Below, piece by piece: positions 51,426-60,807 of a stretch of DNA of 64,000 nucleotides. Position 1 is the stretch's first letter. The number at the start of each line of letters is the position of its first letter. A program made the translations under genes and the position numbers. The DNA is from a bacterium (GTDB taxonomy: Bacteria; Zixibacteria; MSB-5A5; GN15; FEB-12): positions 32,001-96,000 of the forward strand of contig JBDRNJ010000004.1 of assembly GCA_043811375.1 (NCBI GenBank), read 5' to 3'. The notes beneath the pieces are model-generated. The model did not search any database. It was not told the DNA's origin and saw nothing but the letters and a program-made list of their open reading frames with translations.

Positions 51426-51449
51426 CGGTAGTACCAGCACCGACCACGG

Positions 51450-53060
51450 TCACACCCGTTCAGGCAAAGCGATCATTCGCTCCAGTTCCTGCGGAACCTC
51501 GTCCTGTCCGAGTTGTCGTACTGAGATAGTCGTTTCATCGCCCCGGGTAGTAGTCTTCTCGGCTACATAGTGATTATCGGCCAGACGTGCGATCTGGTGC
51601 AGGTGAGTGATAACCAGCACCTGGCAATCGCGAGAGAGCTTCTTGAGTTTGCGGGCAACCCGGGTAGCTGTCTTTCCACCGATACCGGCATCGACTTCGT
51701 CGAAAACCAGAAGCGACTGAGACAATCGTTGGTGTTGTCGCTCGGCTGACTTCAGCGCCAGCAGGACACGAGAAATTTCCCCACCCGATGCGGTTTTCAC
51801 CAGCGATTTCAGAGGTGCCCCGGGATTGGCCGAAAACAGGAAGCAGCCGTTTTCCAGACCGTGCGGAAACGGTTTGACCGACCGCCCCTCGAAGGTAACC
51901 CCGTCAGTCTCACCATCTTCGTAGATAAACTCGATTTCAAAACCACAATTGTCGATGGCCAGTTCCCCCAGCTCCCCGACGACCAACCGCTGCAACTGCC
52001 GGGCGGCTTTCCGACGAGCCTGCGACAGCTCCGCCGCTTGCTCACAATAGGACCGGTACAAGGTCTCGTGTTCCTGTTCGAGACTGCCAATCACACTATC
52101 AATGTCCGGTCGATCCCGGAGTCTTTCGTTTATCTGATCGAGCGTTGTCAATATGGCTTCTTCGGATCCGCCGTACTTCTTTTTCAGGTTGTATATCTCG
52201 TCCAGGCGCAGGTTGATTTCCTCCAGACGATGGGGATCGTCCTCAAGCGATGAACCATACTGCTGCATGAAACGCCGCATCTCCTCTATCTGGAATTCGA
52301 CCTCAGTAAAAGTGTTAAGCTGTTCCTGCAACGAGGTATCGATCGTTGACATACTCTCAAGTTCGCGGCGAACCTGTCCCAGTAGCTGGGTAACCGAATT
52401 GTCGTCGTCGTCAAGAGTCTGCCCGATGGCCGCCGCCGATGCCATCAGGTTGCGGGCCGAGTCGAGTATTTTCCGCTCCCTGATGAGCTGCTCTTCTTCA
52501 CCCGGTCGGAGTTGCGCCTTTTCAATCTCATCCTTCTGAAAGAGCAGCAATTCACGGTCGCGCTTCAGCTTTTCTCGCTGATTGCGGGTTTGACGCAACT
52601 CCCCGGCAATGCATTGCCAGCGTGTGTATGTCTGAGTCAACTCGTCGCGCAACGTCAACAAAGAAGCGAAGCGGTCCAGAAACAGCAGGTGGTTGTCCTC
52701 ATTCATCAACATCTGATTGGCGTGCTGTCCGACGATCTCGGCCAGCTCCGAGGTAGCCTGCCGCAATTGCGTCAGCGTTGCCGTGCGACCGTTGATTCTT
52801 GCCCGGGAAGCTCCGGTCGATGAAATTTCCCGGCAGATTTCCATCATCTCCGGCTCGAAACCGGCCGTCACCGTTGCGCGGTCAGCGCCGTGGCGAACGA
52901 ACTCCCGATCACCGCGCTCGCCCAGCGACAGCGCCAGCGCCGTCACTATAACCGATTTCCCGGCGCCCGTCTCCCCCGTCAGGACCGACAGGCCGGGTTT
53001 CAACGTCAGTTCCGTTCGCCTGACCAGGGCGATATTTTCAATGACCAGTCTGGTCAACAT
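51450..53060 (-). CDS. recN: DNA repair protein RecN
   Basis: GETGAGKS, ASGGEISR, FDEVDAG and ITHL motifs. Confidence 0.95.
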   Translation of the reverse strand: MLTRLVIENIALVRRTELTLKPGLSVLTGETGAGKSVIVTALALSLGERGDREFVRHGADRATVTAGFEPEMMEICREISSTGASRARINGRTATLTQLRQATSELAEIVGQHANQMLMNEDNHLLFLDRFASLLTLRDELTQTYTRWQCIAGELRQTRNQREKLKRDRELLLFQKDEIEKAQLRPGEEEQLIRERKILDSARNLMASAAAIGQTLDDDDNSVTQLLGQVRRELESMSTIDTSLQEQLNTFTEVEFQIEEMRRFMQQYGSSLEDDPHRLEEINLRLDEIYNLKKKYGGSEEAILTTLDQINERLRDRPDIDSVIGSLEQEHETLYRSYCEQAAELSQARRKAARQLQRLVVGELGELAIDNCGFEIEFIYEDGETDGVTFEGRSVKPFPHGLENGCFLFSANPGAPLKSLVKTASGGEISRVLLALKSAERQHQRLSQSLLVFDEVDAGIGGKTATRVARKLKKLSRDCQVLVITHLHQIARLADNHYVAEKTTTRGDETTISVRQLGQDEVPQELERMIALPERV

Positions 53061-54789
53061 CGAGACCGTGTTCTTTCATCTGCCGGATAATCTCGTCGGC
53101 TCGCTGGTGGTCGCTATCAGCTTCCGCATGAGCCAGCTCCTGCATCAGACGAGCGATAATCCGTTTCTGTTTTTGTTCGATCAACATATGGGCTAATTTG
53201 CGGGTTTCGCCGTTAATTTGCGAGGAATCCCATTCAACCGAGGCAATCTCTGTCACCAATGAGACAAACTCAGTGTCCTGGGCGTTGTCAATCAGGGCTT
53301 TGGCATCTATCATGCTCCGGGATCGGTACTGTTCGATCATGGCTGCGTACAGCCGCGATAACTCGCCGGACTCAAAATCTTCCACCGTAATACTGTCGAA
53401 GACAGCGTCGATAGAACCGGGATTATTGAACAAAAGCGAAAGTAACTGGACCTCGACGGCGTTGTGTTTCTTCCTGGCGCTTTGATCAGACGGCGGTGTC
53501 TCCCGATCGGGTGAGGGAATTTTCTGGAGAAGTTGAACGTCGATTCCGAGCTTTTCGGCCGCTTCGGCTAAAAACAAATTGCGTCGGGTAGGGTCACTTA
53601 TCCGGTTGCCCAGAGCACCCATCTCCTTGACCAGCAGTTCCTTGCCGATTATGCCGGTCTGAGCGATGTCAAGGTCACGGGTACGAAAGGGGATGTATCC
53701 GATGGCATCCTGTTTGAGTTGTTCGATAGCTTCCGCTCCCTCCCGGGCGGCAATTGAATCCGGATCCTCACCTGACGGCGGCACCATCACCTTAACTTCC
53801 AGGCCAGCTTCGAACAACGAATCCACCGAGCGCAGGGCAGCTTTCTGGCCGGCACTGTCGGCATCGAAGAACAGGTAGACCTCCTGGGCAAAACGGGCCA
53901 GCAGCCGCGCCTGTTGCAGCGTGAAGGCGGTACCGGAGGAGGCCACGACGTTTTTGATCCCGGCTTGCCAGAGTGATATAACGTCGAAATATCCCTCCAC
54001 CACCAGCACCGAGGCAGGCGAGGCCTGCCTGATATGATCCCGCGAGAGGTTGAGTCCGTACAGAACGTTACCCTTCACATAAAGTGCCGTTTCGGGAGAA
54101 TTGACATATTTGGCCACCTCACCTTTCTTGAGTGTGCGGCCCCCGAATGCGATCGGCTTTTGACTGAGGTTGAAAATCGGTATCATCAGCCGGTGTCGGA
54201 AGCGGTCGAAGTAATTGCCCCTCTTTTCAGAGCGCAGCGCCAAACCGGCTTTCTCCAAATCCTGCGGACTGAGTCCTTTGCCGGCGGCATATCCTGTCAG
54301 GCCATCCCACTGCTCCCCGGCCAGACCGAGCTGGAAGTGAGTGATCGTTTCTTCCTCTATCTGCCGTTTGCCTTTGAGGTAACTCTGGAGCACCTCCCGG
54401 TACTTGGGTTGATAGAGCAGGTCGTGGAAATAGTCCAGCGCCACCTGGTTGCAGTAGGCTATCTTTTCACGCCACTCACGTCGAGCTTCGGAACCCTTGT
54501 CTTCGCGGATAACGATATTGGCTCGCTGGGCCAGGTGCTTCACCGCCTCGACAAAAGACATCTTCTCATGTTCTATCAGGAACGTAAAAACCGTACCTCC
54601 CTTGCCGCAGCCGAAGCAATAGAACAATTGCTTGTCGGGAGATACCGAAAACGACGGTGTCTTCTCGGTGTGAAAAGGACAGACCGCCAGGAAACGCCTC
54701 CCTCTCTTCTTCAACCGGACAAACTCACCGATGACCTGGACAATATCGGTGGCCTGCCGTACCTGCTCGATAACATCGGGAGCTATCAT
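53038..54789 (-). CDS. dnaG: DNA primase
   Basis: CPFHTEKTPSF zinc finger, KYVNSPET, VEGYFD, FDAD and DPD motifs. Confidence 0.97.
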   Translation of the reverse strand: MIAPDVIEQVRQATDIVQVIGEFVRLKKRGRRFLAVCPFHTEKTPSFSVSPDKQLFYCFGCGKGGTVFTFLIEHEKMSFVEAVKHLAQRANIVIREDKGSEARREWREKIAYCNQVALDYFHDLLYQPKYREVLQSYLKGKRQIEEETITHFQLGLAGEQWDGLTGYAAGKGLSPQDLEKAGLALRSEKRGNYFDRFRHRLMIPIFNLSQKPIAFGGRTLKKGEVAKYVNSPETALYVKGNVLYGLNLSRDHIRQASPASVLVVEGYFDVISLWQAGIKNVVASSGTAFTLQQARLLARFAQEVYLFFDADSAGQKAALRSVDSLFEAGLEVKVMVPPSGEDPDSIAAREGAEAIEQLKQDAIGYIPFRTRDLDIAQTGIIGKELLVKEMGALGNRISDPTRRNLFLAEAAEKLGIDVQLLQKIPSPDRETPPSDQSARKKHNAVEVQLLSLLFNNPGSIDAVFDSITVEDFESGELSRLYAAMIEQYRSRSMIDAKALIDNAQDTEFVSLVTEIASVEWDSSQINGETRKLAHMLIEQKQKRIIARLMQELAHAEADSDHQRADEIIRQMKEHGLDVDQTGH

Positions 54790-54790
54790 C

Positions 54791-57148
54791 TCATTCCTTC
54801 AGCCTGGCGATAGTCACTCCGGCGCCACCCTCGTTCCAGTCTCCCAACCGCAGAGACGCTACCTCCGGGTGGTTCTTCAGATAGTCGGTGACTGTCCGTC
54901 GCAGAGCTCCCGTCCCCTTTCCATGCACAATATAGACCTGTGACAACCCCGCCATCACGGCGTTATCGAGAAACTTATCGAGACTCTCCAGCGCCTCATC
55001 ACCGGTCATGCCACGCAGGTGGATTTCCGGCCGGACCGGTTCGGTAACTGAGAAACTTCCGGCATTCCGGGCACCGGGTTTTGGGGAAGAAACCGATATC
55101 TTGCGCAGGTTGCGCAATTCCACCACCATCAGGACACTACCGACCCTGACACGAACCCGATCACTGCCGAGCAGTTCTTCGATCTCTCCCCGCTGACTCA
55201 GGCTGAGGATCTCGACTGAGTCGCCGGGATTAAACGCGGCTTGATCGGCTGCCTGTCGGTCCATTGAGGCCTGCCTGTGCTTCGTCTGGTTGTGCCGCTG
55301 CTGTAGATGACGATGGAAATCTTTGACCGACTTCTGTGTGGCCTGTGATTTCCGAATATCGGCTACCAGTTTCTCCATTTCCCGTCGAGTCTGATCGAGA
55401 AATTCCCGCGTCTCGGCCAGGGCAGATTTCTTTTCCTGGTTGATCTCTTTGTCCAATTGTTCCGACCTGAGGCGGTAGTCGGTTTCCAGTCGTCGGGTCT
55501 CGGCCAGCCGGTCGGATAATTCCGTACGGTCTTCTTTGAGTTTAGCCAGCTCCGTTTCCAGCGAGGCAATCAACTGCTCCAGCTCTTTCTCACCACTGCC
55601 GACCAGGGACGACGCCCGTTTACAGATTTCCGACGGCAACCCCAGACGACTGGCGACCTCAACAGCATACGAGGAACCGGGGATGCCCAGGTGAAGGCGG
55701 TAAGTGGGAGCCAGGGTTTGTCGGTCAAACTCCAGGGATGCATTCTCGATCTCGGCATGTTCGGTGGCCAGCGTCTTCAGTTGTGAGTAGTGGGTTGTAG
55801 CCAGCAGCCGGGCTCCCTGCTCGACACCGTAGAGAATGATCGACTCGGCCAGAGCGGCACCCTCTTTGGGGTCGGTACCGGCGCCGATCTCATCGAAGAG
55901 TAACAGCGATCTCTCGGAGGCTCCCTTGAGGCCCCGAACTATGTTTCCCATGTGCGAAGAGAATGTCGACAAAGACAGTTCAATCGATTGTTCATCGCCA
56001 ATATCGGCAAACAGGTTGTTGAAAATACCCACGGTTGACTTGTCACTGGCGGCGATATGCAGGCCGGATTGCGCCATCAGGACTGATAAACCGACCGTCT
56101 TGAGAGTGATCGTTTTACCCCCGGTGTTGGGGCCGGTCACCAGTACTGCCCGCTGCTCGTCACTCAGACCGATACTGGTGGGAACTACTTTCTCAACACT
56201 CCCAAACTGAATCACCAGCAGGGGGTGGTAAGCATCGACCAAATCGAAAGCCGGCTGATCGATAATAGCCGGCTGTTGCCCGCCGACCTGGTTGGAGAAG
56301 GCGGCACAGGCATAGATAGCGTCAAGACAACCGATCAGGCGGGTGTTTTCCAGCAGGGCTTGACGGCAATCGGCGATCTCAGCAGTTAATGCTCGCAGGA
56401 TACGGTCCAACTCCAGCCGCTGCTCCTGCATCAGCAGGTTGACCCGGTTGTTAAGCTCGACCGTCTGTTCCGGTTCGACATAGAGGGTTGCCCCGGACTG
56501 GCTGCGATCGTGCAAAATGCCGCTGCCGCTGCGGTACTGGCTGGTCGGGATGGGTATTACATAACGACCGTTGCGCATGGTGATAACGTCGTCCTGCCAA
56601 CCGGCCTGTTTGTTTTGATCGGCCATGATTCGCTCCAGGCGGGCGGTTATCTTGCGTCGGCTTTCGGCCAATTCCAGCCTGATGCTCCTCAGTTTGGAGG
56701 AAGCGCTGTCTTTGATCTCACCTTCCTCGTCGATAATCCGGCGGATCTCTTTTTTCAACTCCGGATACGCCCGCACCTGCGTCAGGTATTCTGTAATAGT
56801 GGGGAACTTCTCCCGCCCCTCACGATCGTAGCCGCTGAGGTCGATAGAAACCTCAACCAGTTCCAGGATTAAAAGAATCTCGGTGGGCTCCAGGAATATC
56901 CCGGCCACCTGTGTCTTTTCAAGCAACTCCCGGCAATCCTCAAGGCGACACAAGGGAAAGGCCAATCCGAATTTGATGATATCTTTCATCTGGGAGATTT
57001 CAGTCAGCCGCCTTTCGATCTCAGCTCGATCAAAGAGGGGCTGGATTCGGTCGACCTCAGCGTGCCCATAAGGAGTACGGCACTTCCCGTCGATTAGTGA
57101 CATGATCTTGGGGAATTCCAATGTCTTGATAGTGTGTTTATCAATCAT
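54791..57148 (-). CDS. mutS2: endonuclease MutS2
   Basis: GPNTGGKT, QSIELSLSTFSSH, DEIGAGTDP and Smr domain HGKGTG. Confidence 0.96.
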   Translation of the reverse strand: MIDKHTIKTLEFPKIMSLIDGKCRTPYGHAEVDRIQPLFDRAEIERRLTEISQMKDIIKFGLAFPLCRLEDCRELLEKTQVAGIFLEPTEILLILELVEVSIDLSGYDREGREKFPTITEYLTQVRAYPELKKEIRRIIDEEGEIKDSASSKLRSIRLELAESRRKITARLERIMADQNKQAGWQDDVITMRNGRYVIPIPTSQYRSGSGILHDRSQSGATLYVEPEQTVELNNRVNLLMQEQRLELDRILRALTAEIADCRQALLENTRLIGCLDAIYACAAFSNQVGGQQPAIIDQPAFDLVDAYHPLLVIQFGSVEKVVPTSIGLSDEQRAVLVTGPNTGGKTITLKTVGLSVLMAQSGLHIAASDKSTVGIFNNLFADIGDEQSIELSLSTFSSHMGNIVRGLKGASERSLLLFDEIGAGTDPKEGAALAESIILYGVEQGARLLATTHYSQLKTLATEHAEIENASLEFDRQTLAPTYRLHLGIPGSSYAVEVASRLGLPSEICKRASSLVGSGEKELEQLIASLETELAKLKEDRTELSDRLAETRRLETDYRLRSEQLDKEINQEKKSALAETREFLDQTRREMEKLVADIRKSQATQKSVKDFHRHLQQRHNQTKHRQASMDRQAADQAAFNPGDSVEILSLSQRGEIEELLGSDRVRVRVGSVLMVVELRNLRKISVSSPKPGARNAGSFSVTEPVRPEIHLRGMTGDEALESLDKFLDNAVMAGLSQVYIVHGKGTGALRRTVTDYLKNHPEVASLRLGDWNEGGAGVTIARLKE

Positions 57149-57177
57149 GGCAGTGTCAGGCTTGCTGGTTCGGCATT

Positions 57178-57200
57178 AAAAAAGCCGACCGAAGTCGGCT
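57178..57200 (-). terminator. intrinsic terminator after cvpA
   Basis: AGCCGAC-TTCG-GTCGGCT followed by a U-run on the minus strand. Confidence 0.7.
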
Positions 57201-57236
57201 CAAATATACACATAACGAGCCTTATTCAAAACGAAT

Positions 57237-57863
57237 TTAGTCGCCCAGCCCGGTGTTAAAGAACTGTCGCATCTGCTGCAGCACCTGGTAAACCTCGATA
57301 CGGTCCTCATCGGCGACACCACCGGAACTGCCCTGAGCTACCAACAGGGCACGTTCGATCTTGTTCATGAAATCGGGACTCTTGGGATGGACGGTGGCGG
57401 TTCCCTCAAACATCAGCGGCACTGTCTTGGCCACCGCCGGGCCAAAGAATGACGACTCGAAAGAAACATAAAACTGGTTGGGTAACGGCAGGAGAAATAC
57501 CAAAAACGCCAGGAAGCCGATTGCCATCCAGCCTCGCAGAAAACCGATCAGCGCTCCTCCCAACTGGTCCTTTCGGCCGGTACGTTTCAGATCCGCCACC
57601 TTGTAGAAGAGTAAGCCGATCAGTTTGAACCCGGCATAACTGATGGCCAGCAAAATCACAAAGGACAGAAAAGCCGAAACCAGCGGCGAGCCGCCCAGCT
57701 GCTCATGGACCCAGACGGCAAAATTATCTATGTAGGTAACAGAGAAGATTATGGCTACAAAGAAAACCACAAACGCCATCAGTTCCCGGATCAGTCCCTT
57801 CTTCGATCCGACAATCACCGAGGCGAGGAGCAGTACCAGCAAAACACCATCAATCCAATTCAT
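57237..57863 (-). CDS. cvpA: CvpA-family membrane protein
   Basis: MNWIDG...GSKKGLIRE and DQLGGALIGFLRG; context next to mutS2. Confidence 0.85.
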   Translation of the reverse strand: MNWIDGVLLVLLLASVIVGSKKGLIRELMAFVVFFVAIIFSVTYIDNFAVWVHEQLGGSPLVSAFLSFVILLAISYAGFKLIGLLFYKVADLKRTGRKDQLGGALIGFLRGWMAIGFLAFLVFLLPLPNQFYVSFESSFFGPAVAKTVPLMFEGTATVHPKSPDFMNKIERALLVAQGSSGGVADEDRIEVYQVLQQMRQFFNTGLGD

Positions 57864-57914
57864 ACCATCTTACTCCCGTTCGGTAGTGGTTTAACTGGTG
57901 AAATATAGAAAGTT

Positions 57915-58196
57915 TCAAACTTCTTTGGCAAGTATTTCCATGGCCAGTTTATTAACCGGTTTGCCGTCGGCCTGACCCTTGATTTTGGGCATTACGGCCT
58001 TCATCACCATACCGATCTTCCGAGGCGAATCGGCCCCGGTCTCGCTGATAGCATCCTCAACAGTCAACTCCACCCCCTTGTCAATCTGCTTGTATTTCAG
58101 ATCAGACTAAAGGCCCCGAAGCACGGAGGTTTTCACTTTCTCTCCGGCCTTCAGGGCCTTTATCATATCCTGATTGATCTTCTCAAAGAGCGATAT
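57915..58196 (-). pseudogene. yqeY: GatB/YqeY-domain pseudogene
   Basis: ATA in place of ATG, in-frame TAG at 58109-58107, central part missing; retains DMIKALKAGEK and IGMVMKAVMPKIKGQADGK. Confidence 0.88.
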
Positions 58197-58396
58197 CAAT
58201 CATCACCGAATTTGTCCTTCAAGCGCCGTTCTTTCCGTCGGGCGGCGGCCAGTTTGCGTTTGCGAGAGTCGGACGGTTTTTCAAAATGCTGATGCTTCTT
58301 GATATCCGTCAGGATCCCCGTCTTTTCGCAAAACTTATTAAAACGGCGCAGGGCTTTTTCAAACGATTCATCGTCACGTACTCTTACCCCTGTCAA
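58196..58396 (-). CDS. rpsU: 30S ribosomal protein S21
   Basis: ESFEKALRRF...HFEKPS...RK signature. Confidence 0.96.
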   Translation of the reverse strand: MTGVRVRDDESFEKALRRFNKFCEKTGILTDIKKHQHFEKPSDSRKRKLAAARRKERRLKDKFGDD

Positions 58397-58455
58397 CCTG
58401 TCACACCCCCCTTCAACGCCTGATCTGTTTTGGACACACTACTCATATTACTCCA

Positions 58456-58484
58456 ATTATACCCATTAATCGGCCGCTTGTCAA
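58456..58484 (-). promoter_or_regulatory. perfect-consensus sigma70 promoter of rpsU (TTGACA-17-TATAAT)
   Basis: Exact consensus on the minus strand. Confidence 0.8.
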
Positions 58485-58532
58485 TAGATATCGGTAGCTG
58501 TAAACCGCTCACTAAGAAAAACGTGAGAATTA

Positions 58533-58561
58533 TTGACAAACCGAGGAGATTCTTGCATAAT
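58533..58561 (+). promoter_or_regulatory. sigma70-type promoter (TTGACA-17-CATAAT)
   Basis: Divergent from the rpsU promoter, upstream of the 58670 ORF. Confidence 0.6.
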
Positions 58562-58669
58562 CAAAATACTGAAAGGGATAAACCGTGTTTTTGAACCTTC
58601 ATAGGGGAAATCTCGGTTAAATCTACGTACTCATTCCCACGATAAGCCAAAAGATATTGAGGTATCAGT

Positions 58670-59431
58670 ATGCAGAACACAATTCAACCAATAACGAGGT
58701 TCTTTCTGCTGGTCTCGGTGGTTTGTCTTTGCAATTGTGGCGGCCCAAGAGTTGAAGGTCTTTTCAGAGAGCCGGAGTTCACTGCAGACGCTATCAGAAA
58801 CAGGTCGATAATCATTGGTGGCGTTACCTCTGCTCTTGGCAACGAAGAAATCGATACCTTGTGTAATGTATGGGCCAACCTGCTCAGGGAGCAACTTGTT
58901 GAGAAGCTCGAGGGTGTCAACGTTGTTCCACTCAATTATACCAAGTCAACTCTCCGCGAGGATCAATATGGGGAAATGCTGGTGTCATTTAACAACATCG
59001 GTGACCTAAACAGCGAAGTTCTGGAAAAGCTGGGGGGTGCGTTTGAAGAGCCACGACCATATCTTGTCATGTGCCGTCTGGAAACAGACGCTCGTGACAC
59101 GAGCAAGGGGAAGAACAAAGACAGCACTGGGGCCGTCATCAACGTTTATTACCTCGCACATCGGAAGGTCTGTGCCAGCTTCAAAGTCTGGGATGTGGCA
59201 GCGCGCAAATTGGTTTGGAGCGGCCGAATAACCGGCAAAGCAACGGCAACCAACAGCTACGATCAGGCTCCCGTTACGGATGACGATGGCGGCAGTCTAT
59301 TAACGGATTTGCTTGATGTGTTCCTTAGTGACGGCGAACCTGAAAAATATGAGTACCCCGAAACCCCAAGCTTCACCTGGGTTGCACGAACCGTTTTTGG
59401 TGATTTCGCCAAAGCCCTCACCCACGACTGA
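58670..59431 (+). CDS. hypothetical lipoprotein
   Basis: Hydrophobic leader ending LCNC; VWDVAARKLVW strand pattern; GAGG SD. Confidence 0.7.
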   Translation: MQNTIQPITRFFLLVSVVCLCNCGGPRVEGLFREPEFTADAIRNRSIIIGGVTSALGNEEIDTLCNVWANLLREQLVEKLEGVNVVPLNYTKSTLREDQYGEMLVSFNNIGDLNSEVLEKLGGAFEEPRPYLVMCRLETDARDTSKGKNKDSTGAVINVYYLAHRKVCASFKVWDVAARKLVWSGRITGKATATNSYDQAPVTDDDGGSLLTDLLDVFLSDGEPEKYEYPETPSFTWVARTVFGDFAKALTHD

Positions 59432-59495
59432 AAATCAAGAACGGTCCGCCCCGCGCCGGGTGGCCCCTTCAAACTTGTTTGGCAGCAAGCCGCTC

Positions 59496-59828
59496 TTATT
59501 CCTTGATATACCGCAGCCTGTCCGCACCCCGATCCGAGAGAAAATGATAATGAAGATGGTCGATCTCCTGGCAATAGCCATTATTGATAATGACCCGAAA
59601 ATGATCGGTGATCCCCAGTTTCTCGGCAATCAATCTGACATAACGGTCCAGCATCGCCAGCGTCTCCGGCGGTGTCTCGTAATAGTTTCTGGTGACCACC
59701 TTGGGGATTATCAGCAAATGCACCTGAGCGCGGGGATAGTGGTCGGCAATGACTATGACATTGTCATCCTCGAAGAATATCTTAGCCGGCAACTCCCGGC
59801 TGATTATGCGCTCAAAAATGGTCGGCAT
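59496..59828 (-). CDS. HIT-family (histidine triad) protein
   Basis: TIFERII...HLLIIPK...HLHYH. Confidence 0.93.
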   Translation of the reverse strand: MPTIFERIISRELPAKIFFEDDNVIVIADHYPRAQVHLLIIPKVVTRNYYETPPETLAMLDRYVRLIAEKLGITDHFRVIINNGYCQEIDHLHYHFLSDRGADRLRYIKE

Positions 59829-59973
59829 GGAGAGAGTATAACAAACTCCGGAAGGCCGGACAAATTGATTTCGCTCTCCCGTCCCCCTTGCCAATCCGTC
59901 CCGTTTTTCTTAGCTTAAGGGACGGAGTTGGTTGAACAATAATATCTATTAGAAAATAGAGGAGACTTGCCTC

Positions 59974-60723
59974 ATGTCGGGTCATTCAAAATGGGCGACA
60001 ATCAAGAGGAAGAAGGGTAAGGCCGATGCCGAGCGCGGTCGGCAGTTTACCCGGCATATCAAGGAAATAACGATAGCCGCCCGTGAGGGCGGCGGCGACC
60101 CGGACGGCAACCCGCGTCTGCGGACCGCTGTCGCGGCGGCCAAAGCGGCCAATATGCCGGCCGACAACATCAAGCGGGCGATCCAGAAAGGGACCGGGGA
60201 CCTGCCGGGTGTTACCTACGAGTCAGTGGTCTACGAGGGCTATGGCCCGGCCGGGGTGGCGCTGTATATGGAAGTGCTGACCGACAACAGGAATCGTATC
60301 GTGGCCACAATACGCCATATCCTCACCAAGTACGGCGGCAACCTGGGGTCCAACGGCTGTGTCGCCTGGATGTTTGACAAGAAGGGGGTAATCACTATTG
60401 AACTCGACGCCGTAGACGAAGACACCCTGATGGAAGTCGCCACCGAGGCGGGCGCGGAGGATATTACCACCGAGGCAGGTTCCTACGAGGTTATCACGCT
60501 GCCGGAAGACATCGACACGGTGCGCATGGCTATCGAAGGCAAGGGGATTTCGATGGTTTCCGCCGAGGTAACTATGCAACCCCAGAACTCGGTCAAGCTG
60601 GAGAAGGAATCGCAGGCCAACTCAATGCTGAAAATGTACGAGTTGCTGGAAGAGTGCGACGACGTCCAGAAAATCTACGCCAATTTCGATATCGACGAGG
60701 CCCTGCTGGAAAAACTGGCGTAG
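59974..60723 (+). CDS. yebC: YebC/PmpR-family protein
   Basis: [20 protein letters not shown] and TDNRNR motifs. Confidence 0.97.
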   Translation: MSGHSKWATIKRKKGKADAERGRQFTRHIKEITIAAREGGGDPDGNPRLRTAVAAAKAANMPADNIKRAIQKGTGDLPGVTYESVVYEGYGPAGVALYMEVLTDNRNRIVATIRHILTKYGGNLGSNGCVAWMFDKKGVITIELDAVDEDTLMEVATEAGAEDITTEAGSYEVITLPEDIDTVRMAIEGKGISMVSAEVTMQPQNSVKLEKESQANSMLKMYELLEECDDVQKIYANFDIDEALLEKLA

Positions 60724-60807
60724 TCTGACAGGTCGGAATTGACCTTGCCCCAATAAAGTGGACACTTAACGAAGGTCGTATGAGATTGACCTGAGGAGGT
60801 GTTTTTG

